64,000 nt of DNA, taken from Candidatus Sulfotelmatobacter sp. Its GTDB lineage: Bacteria > Acidobacteriota > Terriglobia > Terriglobales > Acidobacteriaceae. The position numbers and the translations under genes are program-made. The stretch lies in the NCBI GenBank assembly GCA_025462865.1, contig JAOAPI010000058.1, positions 50,090 to 114,089 of the forward strand, in the 5' to 3' direction. Shown here one piece after another: positions 17,624 through 26,559 of the stretch; the stretch's first letter is position 1; each line of letters opens with the position of its first letter. A model generated the notes under the pieces. That model did not search any database, had not been told where the DNA came from, and saw only the letters and a list, made by a program, of their open reading frames with translations.

Positions 17624-19841
17624 GCGCGGATTCGGGAACTACTGGAAGCTCAACGATGAACCTTGCCCCCACCGGCTGATTTTCTTCTACGCGAATCGAT
17701 CCATGATGCTCCTCGACAACCCGGCTTACGATAGCCAGGCCGAGGCCGGTGCCGCGTTTTCTAGTCGAGAAGTAGGGTAGAAACAGCTTCTCTTTAAGTT
17801 CGCTAGTAACGCCGTGACCGGTATCGGCGACAGTGATTTCGACCGCGTCGCGGCTGGCGACCAGCGAAGTTGAAATCTCGATCTCGCGCACCAGCGCATC
17901 TTGCATTGCTTCGGCGGCATTATCTACGAGGTTTGCCAAAGCCCGCTTCATCGCCTCAGAGTCGGCCATCACTTTGGGCAGATCGGGCGCGAGCGATTTG
18001 TGCAGGCCAATACCGTCAAGCCTTCCGTTGAACATTGAGAGAGCGCCTTCAATGACCTCATTGATATCCGCCGGTTGGGGCTTCGATGCGGGAAAACGCG
18101 CGAGCGAGGAAAATTCATCGACTAAACGGCGTACTGTTTCGGCCGCTCCCGCAATGGTCTGAGCGCAGGAACGAACCACTTCCAGTGACGCCTTATCTGG
18201 AGGCGTCCCGCGCTCGAGGTGGCGTTGAATGCGCTCCGCGGAAAGCGCGATGGGAGTAAGTGGATTCTTGATCTCATGCGCGACACGGCGTGCCACCTCC
18301 CGCCAGGCGGCCTGTTTCTGTGCCTTGAGTAAATCCGAGAGATCTTCAAATACGATCACGTATCCTGAGCGCTCATCCTGATGGCCAAGGGTAGCGACAG
18401 TGACCGCCACATTCAGAGAGGCACGTTGCATCGGCATCTCCATTTGGCTGGTGGTCATGCCCATACGATCGGCGCGGCGCAGCAGCGGTTCCAGATCCTG
18501 TAATACTTCCAGCGGAAACACATCTGCCAGACGGGCACCGTGCAGAGCCGGGGGCTCATCTTTCCGGCCCTGCGGATTGAACATTCGCAGCAACGCCTGA
18601 TTGGCGTGAGTCACGTTGCGGGCTGCATCCAGTGACAGCACACCGGTCGGAATGCTCTCGAGAATAGTTTCCATCTGTCGACGTCTCTGGTCGAGTTCAG
18701 CGTTTGCGGTGCTGACATCGCGGCTGGAGGCTTCGATCTGACGCCGGCTGGTTTCCAGTTCTTCGGCCATCTGGTTGAAAGAGCGGACCAGATCTCCAAT
18801 CTCATCAGTGGCGCTGACATCGATTCGATAATCGAGCCGCCCGCGAGAGATTTCCTGCGTCGCCTCAGCCAAAGCAGCCAGCGGACGCGTCACCAGCTTC
18901 GACAGGAATAGCGCCAGCCAGGTTGTAACGAACAGCACCATCATGGTCAGCAGCAAGAGCAGGCCCATGTACGTGCGGCGGACCAGTCTGCGTTCGTGCG
19001 CCAACTCGAAGTAGCGTTGCTGGCTGCTTTCCACTTGCTTAACGGTCTGGGAAAATTCCCTTGGAAGCGGAATCGCCACCAGGATTAAGCCATCGTTTCC
19101 AATCGCAGCGCTGCCCAACGTGTATTCCACATCGTTCCATGCGAAATGCGCGGAACGGCCCTCGGTCACTTCTGCCAGCGGCAGCTTCGTTTTCAATACG
19201 GGCCACGGCGCAGGCACATTAAAGCTAGCCTCGGGGTTCCCATCCTGCAGTGCGATGGCGAATCCACCTTGCAACGTAAGCTCGTGGTTCTGGAATTCGC
19301 TGGACACGGGCGAGAATCCATGTCCAGAGAAACTTCGCTGCGCTTCGGACGAGGCTGCAATTGCTAACGCTTCGGACCGCGCATTCTGCGCCGCATATTC
19401 ACCGAGTAGCGTCGCCATGGCGTGAGTGTCCGCGCGAACTTCTTCCACAGGAGTGGAGAACCACTTATCGATGGACCGGTTCATCAGACCGTACGCGAAC
19501 CAGTACATCACCATGACAGGCACGAAGGACAGAAGCAGAGCGCCCACGACCATGCGCGTACGAAACTTCGAGCCCAAGACTCCCAGACGGCGTTCCGCAA
19601 ATAATTTCAGCAGGTTGCGTGCAAGGACGAAGGTCAGTGCCACAAACAGCAGCGATATCAATAAAGAGAGCGCGTAGAACACCACAATCTGCTGGTTGTT
19701 GCCGGGACGCAGGAGCGTGAGATCGAAAGCGGTTTGCGAAACCAGGATCGCCAGCAGAAAAAAGACCGCAATCGCCAGCAAGATAATGTACTGCTTGCGT
19801 TTAGAAGGATTCGGCAGTCGAGTTGGAGCGATCTGCGTCAC
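17595..19841 (-). CDS. ntrY: sensor histidine kinase, NtrY-like (TM-HAMP-PAS-HisKA-HATPase)
   Basis: 748 aa with an HEIKNPLTPI H-box and N/G boxes. Overlaps the downstream regulator gene by 29 nt. Confidence 0.8.
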   Translation of the reverse strand: MTQIAPTRLPNPSKRKQYIILLAIAVFFLLAILVSQTAFDLTLLRPGNNQQIVVFYALSLLISLLFVALTFVLARNLLKLFAERRLGVLGSKFRTRMVVGALLLSFVPVMVMYWFAYGLMNRSIDKWFSTPVEEVRADTHAMATLLGEYAAQNARSEALAIAASSEAQRSFSGHGFSPVSSEFQNHELTLQGGFAIALQDGNPEASFNVPAPWPVLKTKLPLAEVTEGRSAHFAWNDVEYTLGSAAIGNDGLILVAIPLPREFSQTVKQVESSQQRYFELAHERRLVRRTYMGLLLLLTMMVLFVTTWLALFLSKLVTRPLAALAEATQEISRGRLDYRIDVSATDEIGDLVRSFNQMAEELETSRRQIEASSRDVSTANAELDQRRRQMETILESIPTGVLSLDAARNVTHANQALLRMFNPQGRKDEPPALHGARLADVFPLEVLQDLEPLLRRADRMGMTTSQMEMPMQRASLNVAVTVATLGHQDERSGYVIVFEDLSDLLKAQKQAAWREVARRVAHEIKNPLTPIALSAERIQRHLERGTPPDKASLEVVRSCAQTIAGAAETVRRLVDEFSSLARFPASKPQPADINEVIEGALSMFNGRLDGIGLHKSLAPDLPKVMADSEAMKRALANLVDNAAEAMQDALVREIEISTSLVASRDAVEITVADTGHGVTSELKEKLFLPYFSTRKRGTGLGLAIVSRVVEEHHGSIRVEENQPVGARFIVELPVVPESALVTAAPQHA

Positions 19842-19954
19842 GCGGTTTTAACGGCCAGCGCCGCAGGTCCGGTGCGAACTGCCAGCAAATGGACGTGGAA
19901 GTCATTATAGATGCAGATGCGGTCACTGGAGAGGCTTCAAAGGAGGCACGGACT

Positions 19955-20869
19955 TCAATGGTCAACGCGGGACGGGTTTCCCGCGGAGAGTTCTTCCAAC
20001 ACCGCGCGGTAGGCTGCTTTCGGCTGATAGGCTTGGTCGAAAAGTAATGCCGCCCCGCGAGTGTGATGAGAGTGCGAGCCAATCCAGGAATATTTGTCGG
20101 TGAAACCCCACGTCTGTATAGCCGTGCACTTCGGACTATTCAAACATGCCCGGACGATGCCGCGATATACATCGGCCTGGCAGATCAGATCTTCGGAACG
20201 AACGGAACCGGGGGTTCGCAGCGGCAGAGCGACATCAATCTCGGTTATGTGAACCTGCAATCCGAGCGCTGTTAGCCTGGCAATATTCGCAGCAATCGCG
20301 GGGATATCCACATCAAGTATCGGTATGTGCATTTGCAATCCCACACCGTCAATAGGAACTCTCCGCCGCTTGAAATCCTTGACCATGGCGTAAATTGCAT
20401 CCGATTTTCGGTTCAGGCCTTCCCCCTCTGCTTCGTTGTAAAACAGCAACGCGTGCGGATCGGCCTGATGCGCCCAGCGGAAAACTTTCTCAATATAGGC
20501 GGTACCTTTTCCGGCAAATCCGATTCCTGGTTCGTTATACCAGACAGAGTCACGAAGGTTTCCATTTTCATCCACAGCTTCGTTGACTACGTCCCACGCA
20601 AAAACCTGGTTCTGGTAGTGCTTCATCACGCGGACGATGTGTTCGTGCAGAAGGCGTGATAGCTGACGGGCCGCAAAGCGATTCTGGGTCAGCCAGGCAG
20701 GATTGTCCCGACCCCAGACCAGGCAATGTCCTCTAACTTTCATTCGATTGGCCTGGGCGAAGCGAACTATCTCATCGCCCTCGCGAAAGTCAAAGGCAAA
20801 CTCATCAGGCCGCAGGGCCCGCCACTTCATGGCATCTTCGGGCTCGAGCATGTTGAACTCGCGATCCAA
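19955..20869 (-). CDS. glycoside hydrolase family 10 (endo-1,4-beta-xylanase)
   Basis: WDVVNEA and ITEIDV catalytic-glutamate motifs. The frame stays open upstream to the stop at 21062-21064 and encodes a signal-peptide-like stretch with no ATG, GTG or TTG (see findings). Confidence 0.8.
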   Translation of the reverse strand: MDREFNMLEPEDAMKWRALRPDEFAFDFREGDEIVRFAQANRMKVRGHCLVWGRDNPAWLTQNRFAARQLSRLLHEHIVRVMKHYQNQVFAWDVVNEAVDENGNLRDSVWYNEPGIGFAGKGTAYIEKVFRWAHQADPHALLFYNEAEGEGLNRKSDAIYAMVKDFKRRRVPIDGVGLQMHIPILDVDIPAIAANIARLTALGLQVHITEIDVALPLRTPGSVRSEDLICQADVYRGIVRACLNSPKCTAIQTWGFTDKYSWIGSHSHHTRGAALLFDQAYQPKAAYRAVLEELSAGNPSRVDH

Positions 20870-21105
20870 AGTAGAAGCGTAAGCTGTCTCCGAAAGTTGC
20901 GAGACTCGGACCGCTGTGCCGACGAGCAGGCCCGCCCTGTCCGCCTCCTGGCGCAGCGACTGGGCAAAGCAAACAGAGGCTGTTGCTGCCGCTAAAATCG
21001 CGGATCGCCAAAAATGGTTAGAGTGAAATTCTGATGGGGATGCCGTTTTCGTGATCGCTTCCTATGTGTGAATGCCTACAGACCCGAGTTCCGGTAGTAC
21101 TACTT

Positions 21106-21885
21106 CTACTTAGATACAGGCAAGAACTTTTGTAAAGGGCATTCGTCACATCGGGGCTGTGATTTTCTGCAATAGTTCTTTCCTACTCCTACGATCAGGC
21201 CGTGCATTTCGTTGTAGACCTGCACCAAAGCAGTCCGTTTGGCCCTACTCATTGCCGAAGGAGGATGGGCGGCGCCGGGAAGACCGGCCGCAAGAATTCG
21301 TTTCTCAGGCCGTGTACTGTCGGCGACAGAGTCTGCGATAGGCATTAGGGCGCGCTGAAATAATTCCCTGATCTCCTCGTAAGTGGCCTTTTCGGGAATA
21401 ATCCCGTGTCGACCCAGAATCCGGCGCGTATAAGCGTCCACCACAAAAACTGGATGGTTACCCGCGTATAGCAAAATGGAATCCGCAGTTTCCGGTCCAA
21501 TACCGTGCAGACTGAGAAGCGCTTCCCGCAGATCGTGTGTGGGCTTAATGAATAATTTTCGGAGAGAGCCGTCGTGCTGCTGGTCAAGAAAAGCAACGAA
21601 AGATTTCAGGCGCATGGCTTTCTGGCGAAAGTAGCCGGATGGGCGAAGCATGCGTTCGAGTTCCCCCAGCGAAGTTTCGCGAATTCCTTTTAGACTGAGC
21701 CGCCGCGCCCGACGTAGATTTGCCAATGCTTTTACTACATTGGTCCAGGCGGTGTTCTGTGTCAGGTAAGCTCCTACGATCATTTCGAAACGCGTCTGCG
21801 CAGGCCACCAGTGCTGCGGTCCCCAGGCGCGAAACAATGCGCGATAGTAGGACTGAATCTGATCTTCTTTTTCTTTCATCACCAA
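21106..21885 (-). CDS. endonuclease III-related HhH-GPD base-excision repair protein
   Basis: HhH motif LLSLHGIGPETADSILLYA and a C-terminal Cys cluster C-x6-C-x2-C. Confidence 0.8.
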   Translation of the reverse strand: MVMKEKEDQIQSYYRALFRAWGPQHWWPAQTRFEMIVGAYLTQNTAWTNVVKALANLRRARRLSLKGIRETSLGELERMLRPSGYFRQKAMRLKSFVAFLDQQHDGSLRKLFIKPTHDLREALLSLHGIGPETADSILLYAGNHPVFVVDAYTRRILGRHGIIPEKATYEEIRELFQRALMPIADSVADSTRPEKRILAAGLPGAAHPPSAMSRAKRTALVQVYNEMHGLIVGVGKNYCRKSQPRCDECPLQKFLPVSK

Positions 21886-22228
21886 ACTTTAGAAGTCCTC
21901 CTGGTCGAGTTTACCCCGCGTGCAAATAATGTCGCACGTGCCGCGGCACAAGTTGGCGGCACTTACCGAAGTGCATGTACCTCAGCCCTGAAAACGGACA
22001 CCGCTACAGAAAAAACCTCATTTGGCGCGGGTTCGCAACTGCAAGGCGCAGATCCCCCCGCTTGGCGGTAAGTCCCAGTACTACGGTAACTGGTACGGTA
22101 ATCCACTTGCTGTGACAATTTGTGTCAACACAAAGACACGCTTTTTTCTCCCACCAGTAAAGCGGCGCTTCGTGTATTTGCCGGTGATTCATCGGCATCG
22201 TTCCACAACGCGGATAGGAGATCGACGT

Positions 22229-23947
22229 ATGTCGCAACGGCTGGGTGACCTTCTTGTTAAAGAGAAGATCATAACCCCAGAGCAGTTGGAACAAGCCACC
22301 AAGGCTCAGAAGGAGCAGAATTGCCGCCTGGGCTCTGCTTTGGTGAAGCTCGGCTTCCTGACCGACGAAGATGTTACGAATTTTCTTTCGCGTCAGTACG
22401 GCGTTCCCGCCATCAATCTTTCGTATTTCGAAATAGATCCCGCTGTCGTCAAACTGATTCCCTTTGAAACTGCGAAGCGATATCAGATTCTCCCACTGAG
22501 CCGCGTAGGAGCATCGCTCACCATCGCAATGGTCGACCCGACCAATGTGTTCGCGATGGACGATATCAAATTCATGACCGGCTTCAACATCGAGCCGGTG
22601 GTTGCTTCCGAGAGTTCCATTGTGGCGGGCATCGAGAAATCCTACGGAGCAGGCACCAAGGAAGAAGATCTCGAAACCGTGATGCAGTCGATGTCGGAGC
22701 TGAATGACAGCGACATCGAAGTGCAGGCCGAAGAGCAGGAAATGGAGCTGTCGCAGCTGGAGAAAGCTGCGGACGAAGCTCCAGTGGTCAAGCTGGTGAA
22801 CCTGATTCTCACCGATGCGGTAAAGCGCGGAGCCAGCGATATTCACATCGAGCCCTACGAAAAAGAGTTTCGCGTACGGTTTCGTATTGACGGCGTGTTG
22901 CAGGCGATCATGTCGCCCCCAATGAAACTGAAGGACGCGATCACGTCCCGCCTGAAGATCATGGCCAAGCTCGACATCAGCGAGAAGCGGCTGCCGCAGG
23001 ATGGCCGCATCATGCTGAAAATGAATATCGGTGGCCGCAAAAAACAACTCGACTTCCGTGTCAGCACCTTGCCCACGTTATGGGGCGAAAAAATCGTGCT
23101 CCGCTTGCTTGACAAAGAAAATCTGCGGCTCGACATGACCAAGCTGGGTTTCGAACCCGAATCACTGGTTAAGTTCGAGAAAGCCATCCTTAAGCCGTAC
23201 GGTATGGTGCTCGTCACAGGGCCTACCGGATCAGGTAAGACCAACACTCTTTATTCCTCCATCTCACGCCTCAATCAACCCGACACCAATATTATGACGG
23301 CCGAAGATCCGGTCGAATTCCAGTTGGGCGGCGTCAACCAGGTGCAGATGAAAGAGCAGATCGGCTTGAACTTTGCCGCTGCTCTTCGCTCTTTCTTGCG
23401 TCAAGATCCCAACATCATTCTGGTCGGCGAAATCCGTGACTTCGAAACGGCGGAAATTGCGATCAAGGCCGCGCTCACGGGCCACCTTGTGCTTTCGACA
23501 CTTCACACCAACGGTGCGCCCGAAACCATCACGCGCTTAATGAACATGGGTATTGAGCCGTTCCTGGTCGCGACATCGGTTCACCTGATCTGTGCCCAGC
23601 GCCTGATTCGAAGGATTTGTAAGGAATGTTCAGAGGCCGTGGAGGTTCCGGTTCAGACCTTGGTCGAAGAGGGATTCACACCGGAAGAAGCCAAGACTGC
23701 CAAGATCCAGAAAGGTAAGGGCTGCGGCGTTTGCAACAACACCGGATACAAGGGACGTTGCGGATTATACGAAGTGATGGAAGTGGACGATGAAATCAGG
23801 GAGCTCGTACTAGTCGGGGCTTCAGCAGTCGAATTGAAAAAGAAGGCAATCGAACGGGGAATGATTACTCTCCGCCGCAGCGGTCTGATTAAAGTGGCGG
23901 CGGGCGTTACCACGCTGGAAGAAGTTGCTCGCGAAACCATTCACTAA
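22229..23947 (+). CDS. pilB: type IV pilus assembly ATPase PilB (GspE family)
   Basis: N-terminal MSQRLGDLLVKEKIITPEQLEQA (T2SS-E N domain), Walker A GPTGSGKTNT and a tetracysteine motif. ATG 22229 sits 8 nt after AGGAG. The ORF-track start at 22022 is upstream. Confidence 0.9.
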   Translation: MSQRLGDLLVKEKIITPEQLEQATKAQKEQNCRLGSALVKLGFLTDEDVTNFLSRQYGVPAINLSYFEIDPAVVKLIPFETAKRYQILPLSRVGASLTIAMVDPTNVFAMDDIKFMTGFNIEPVVASESSIVAGIEKSYGAGTKEEDLETVMQSMSELNDSDIEVQAEEQEMELSQLEKAADEAPVVKLVNLILTDAVKRGASDIHIEPYEKEFRVRFRIDGVLQAIMSPPMKLKDAITSRLKIMAKLDISEKRLPQDGRIMLKMNIGGRKKQLDFRVSTLPTLWGEKIVLRLLDKENLRLDMTKLGFEPESLVKFEKAILKPYGMVLVTGPTGSGKTNTLYSSISRLNQPDTNIMTAEDPVEFQLGGVNQVQMKEQIGLNFAAALRSFLRQDPNIILVGEIRDFETAEIAIKAALTGHLVLSTLHTNGAPETITRLMNMGIEPFLVATSVHLICAQRLIRRICKECSEAVEVPVQTLVEEGFTPEEAKTAKIQKGKGCGVCNNTGYKGRCGLYEVMEVDDEIRELVLVGASAVELKKKAIERGMITLRRSGLIKVAAGVTTLEEVARETIH

Positions 23948-23983
23948 CTTGTTAGGTAAGGATAGGGAAGGACCACGATTGTT

Positions 23984-25120
23984 ATGGCTCTGTCGTTAAG
24001 CGATCTGCTCAAAAGAATGCTGGAGATGAATGGCAGCGATCTCCACATCACTACGAACTCGCCGCCCCAGATCCGCGTTCACGGGCACCTGGTGCCATTG
24101 GACCTTCCGCAGATGACGCCCGCAGAGACCAAGCAACTGGCCTATAGCGTCATGACCGACTCTCAGAAGCACCGTTTCGAGGAAAGCCTCGAACTTGACT
24201 TCTCGTTCGGATTAAAAGGACTAGCACGCTTCCGTGCCAACGTGTTTAACCAGCGCGGCGCCACGGCGGCTGTGTTCCGTCTGATTCCATTTGAGATTAA
24301 GTCTTTCAACCAGCTCGGCCTCCCGGCTGTGGTCAGCAAGCTCTGTGACAAGCCGCGCGGTCTGGTGTTGGTCACAGGACCAACGGGCTCGGGCAAATCC
24401 ACAACTCTGGCAGCCATGATCGACAAGATCAACAGCGAGCGCCACGACCACATTCTCACCATCGAGGACCCGATCGAGTTCGTGCACATGAATAAAAACT
24501 GCGTGGTCAACCAGCGCGAACTGCACGCCGACACCAAAAGCTTTACTGACGCGTTGCGAGCGGCTCTTCGTGAAGATCCGGACGTGGTGCTGATCGGTGA
24601 AATGCGCGACCTGGAAACCATTGAGTCGGCGTTGCGCATCGCCGAAACTGGTCACTTGACCTTCGGTACGCTGCACACAAATTCGGCCACCTCTACCATC
24701 AACCGCATCATCGACGTGTTTCCGGCGCACCAGCAGCCACAAATTCGAGCTCAGCTTTCTCTGGTTTTGGAAGGGGTCATGTGCCAAACCCTGCTGCCCA
24801 CGATTAGCGGCAAGGGCCGGTCCATGATCATGGAAATCCTCATCCCCAACTCCGCGGTGCGCAACCTGATCCGCGAAGACAAAATTCACCAGGTTTATTC
24901 GGCCATGCAATCCGGGCAGGATAAGTTCGGCATGCAGACATTCAACCAAGCGCTGGCGACAGCATACTTCCAGAAGCAAGTGTCGCTAGAGGTGGCGCTG
25001 CAACGTTCCAGTCATCCCGAGGAACTGCAGGAAATGATTAACCGCGGTGCTGGATTGACCAACCGCGCGACTGGGACCGGATCCCCCATGGCAAAGGGAG
25101 CTTCCCCCGCCAAACGCTAA
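23984..25120 (+). CDS. pilT: twitching motility ATPase PilT
   Basis: GSDLHIT..., GPTGSGKSTT and AIRNLIREdK-type motifs. Confidence 0.9.
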   Translation: MALSLSDLLKRMLEMNGSDLHITTNSPPQIRVHGHLVPLDLPQMTPAETKQLAYSVMTDSQKHRFEESLELDFSFGLKGLARFRANVFNQRGATAAVFRLIPFEIKSFNQLGLPAVVSKLCDKPRGLVLVTGPTGSGKSTTLAAMIDKINSERHDHILTIEDPIEFVHMNKNCVVNQRELHADTKSFTDALRAALREDPDVVLIGEMRDLETIESALRIAETGHLTFGTLHTNSATSTINRIIDVFPAHQQPQIRAQLSLVLEGVMCQTLLPTISGKGRSMIMEILIPNSAVRNLIREDKIHQVYSAMQSGQDKFGMQTFNQALATAYFQKQVSLEVALQRSSHPEELQEMINRGAGLTNRATGTGSPMAKGASPAKR

Positions 25121-25221
25121 GGGCACAGAGCGGCATCGTGAAAGACGGCTCGCGATGTCGGCGGATACAAAGTTTCGCCGCCTGAACGGTAGTTACCGAC
25201 AAACTGAGGAGAACTAAAACC

Positions 25222-26430
25222 ATGCCAGTCTTCACATTTTCCGGCAAGGATGCTTCCGGACAAAAGATATCCGGGGAACGCGTCGCATCAAACAAGCAGG
25301 CGCTGGGGCAGCAATTGCGGCGCGAACGCATTACCCCCGGAGCAATTCGGGAAAAGGGCAAAGAATTTGTGATGCCGACCTTCGGCTCCGCCAAAGTCAA
25401 GGTCAAAGACATCGCCGTTTTCTTCCGCCAGTTCTCGGTGATGATCGATGCCGGGTTGCCGCTGGTGCAGTGTCTTGAAATCCTGGCAGCCAACCAGGAA
25501 AATCCGACGTTTCAGAAGACACTGACAGGAGTTCGCACCACCGTTGAAGGCGGCGCTACTCTGGCCAACGCCATGCGACAGTTTCCCAATGTCTTCGATG
25601 ACCTCACCACCAACATGATCGAAGCGGGAGAAACGGGCGGTATTCTCGACGTCATTCTGCAAAGGTTGGCGACCTACGTGGAGAAAGCAGTCCGCTTGAA
25701 ATCGGCTGTGAAGTCGGCGTTGATCTACCCCATCGCGGTGGTCAGCATCGCAACGCTGATTGTCGGCGCTCTCCTAAAATTTGTGGTGCCCATTTTCTCG
25801 AATCTTTTTAACGGACTGGGTGTCACCCTGCCGCTTCCAACCCGAATTGTCATGGGCTTGAGCGCGTTCGTGCAGAGTTTCTGGTGGGTGGCCATTGCGG
25901 CAGTAATCGGCTTCATTTTCGGCCTTAAGCAGATCCGTAAGCACCCGCGCGGCCGATATTACTTCGACAAATTCTTGCTGCATGTTCCCGTCGTTGGCCC
26001 GTTGCTGCGCAAAATCGCAGTGGGAAGATTTACGCGTACTCTGGGTACCCTGATCACTTCAGGAGTGCCGATTCTGGAGGGTTTGGCCATCACGGCAAGA
26101 ACCTCCGGCAATGCGGTCCTGGAAGAAGCGCTCATGAAGGTTCGGAAAGCAATCGAAGAAGGACGCACAATCGTCGATCCGCTTCGAGAATGCGGAGTGT
26201 TTCCCAACATGGTGACGCAGATGATCGGCGTCGGCGAAGCGACCGGTGCCATGGACAACATGCTGCAGAAAATCGCCGACTTCTACGAAGAGGAAGTGGA
26301 TGCAGCTACCAGAGACATGCTGGCCTTATTGGAGCCGGCCATCATCGGCGTGCTGGGCGTCACCATCGGCGGCATTGTTATTTCGCTCTACATGCCATTG
26401 TTCGCAATGATCGCGAAGCTGGCTGGATAA
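25222..26430 (+). CDS. pilC: type IV pilus platform protein PilC (GspF family)
   Basis: 402 aa with two GspF repeats and three TM segments. Confidence 0.9.
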   Translation: MPVFTFSGKDASGQKISGERVASNKQALGQQLRRERITPGAIREKGKEFVMPTFGSAKVKVKDIAVFFRQFSVMIDAGLPLVQCLEILAANQENPTFQKTLTGVRTTVEGGATLANAMRQFPNVFDDLTTNMIEAGETGGILDVILQRLATYVEKAVRLKSAVKSALIYPIAVVSIATLIVGALLKFVVPIFSNLFNGLGVTLPLPTRIVMGLSAFVQSFWWVAIAAVIGFIFGLKQIRKHPRGRYYFDKFLLHVPVVGPLLRKIAVGRFTRTLGTLITSGVPILEGLAITARTSGNAVLEEALMKVRKAIEEGRTIVDPLRECGVFPNMVTQMIGVGEATGAMDNMLQKIADFYEEEVDAATRDMLALLEPAIIGVLGVTIGGIVISLYMPLFAMIAKLAG

Positions 26431-26444
26431 GAAAAGATTTCGCT

Positions 26445-26475
26445 GGCAGGCGGCATGATTCTCATGCCGCCTGCC
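26445..26475 (+). terminator. GC-rich hairpin after pilC (weak terminator/attenuator candidate)
   Basis: 13-bp perfect stem GGCAGGCGGCATG/CATGCCGCCTGCC. There is no U-tract on the plus strand. Confidence 0.35.
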
Positions 26476-26559
26476 ACACTCAAAAATCCTGCCGGTGGAT
26501 GGCAGGTGAAGATTCGCGCAGCGAAAGCCGCCGATTTCTTCGATTCCATCGGAACCTGA

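Noticed and set aside
22004-23047. 347-aa ORF on the minus strand
   Set aside because: It is entirely antisense to the well-supported pilB gene. The sequence is low-complexity and His/Leu-rich with no recognisable motif, which is the typical shadow ORF of GC-rich DNA. The same reasoning applies to 16916..17620, 24221..24979, 39551..40432, 43602..44420, 45575..46264, 55365..56318, 60339..60866 and 62905..63648.
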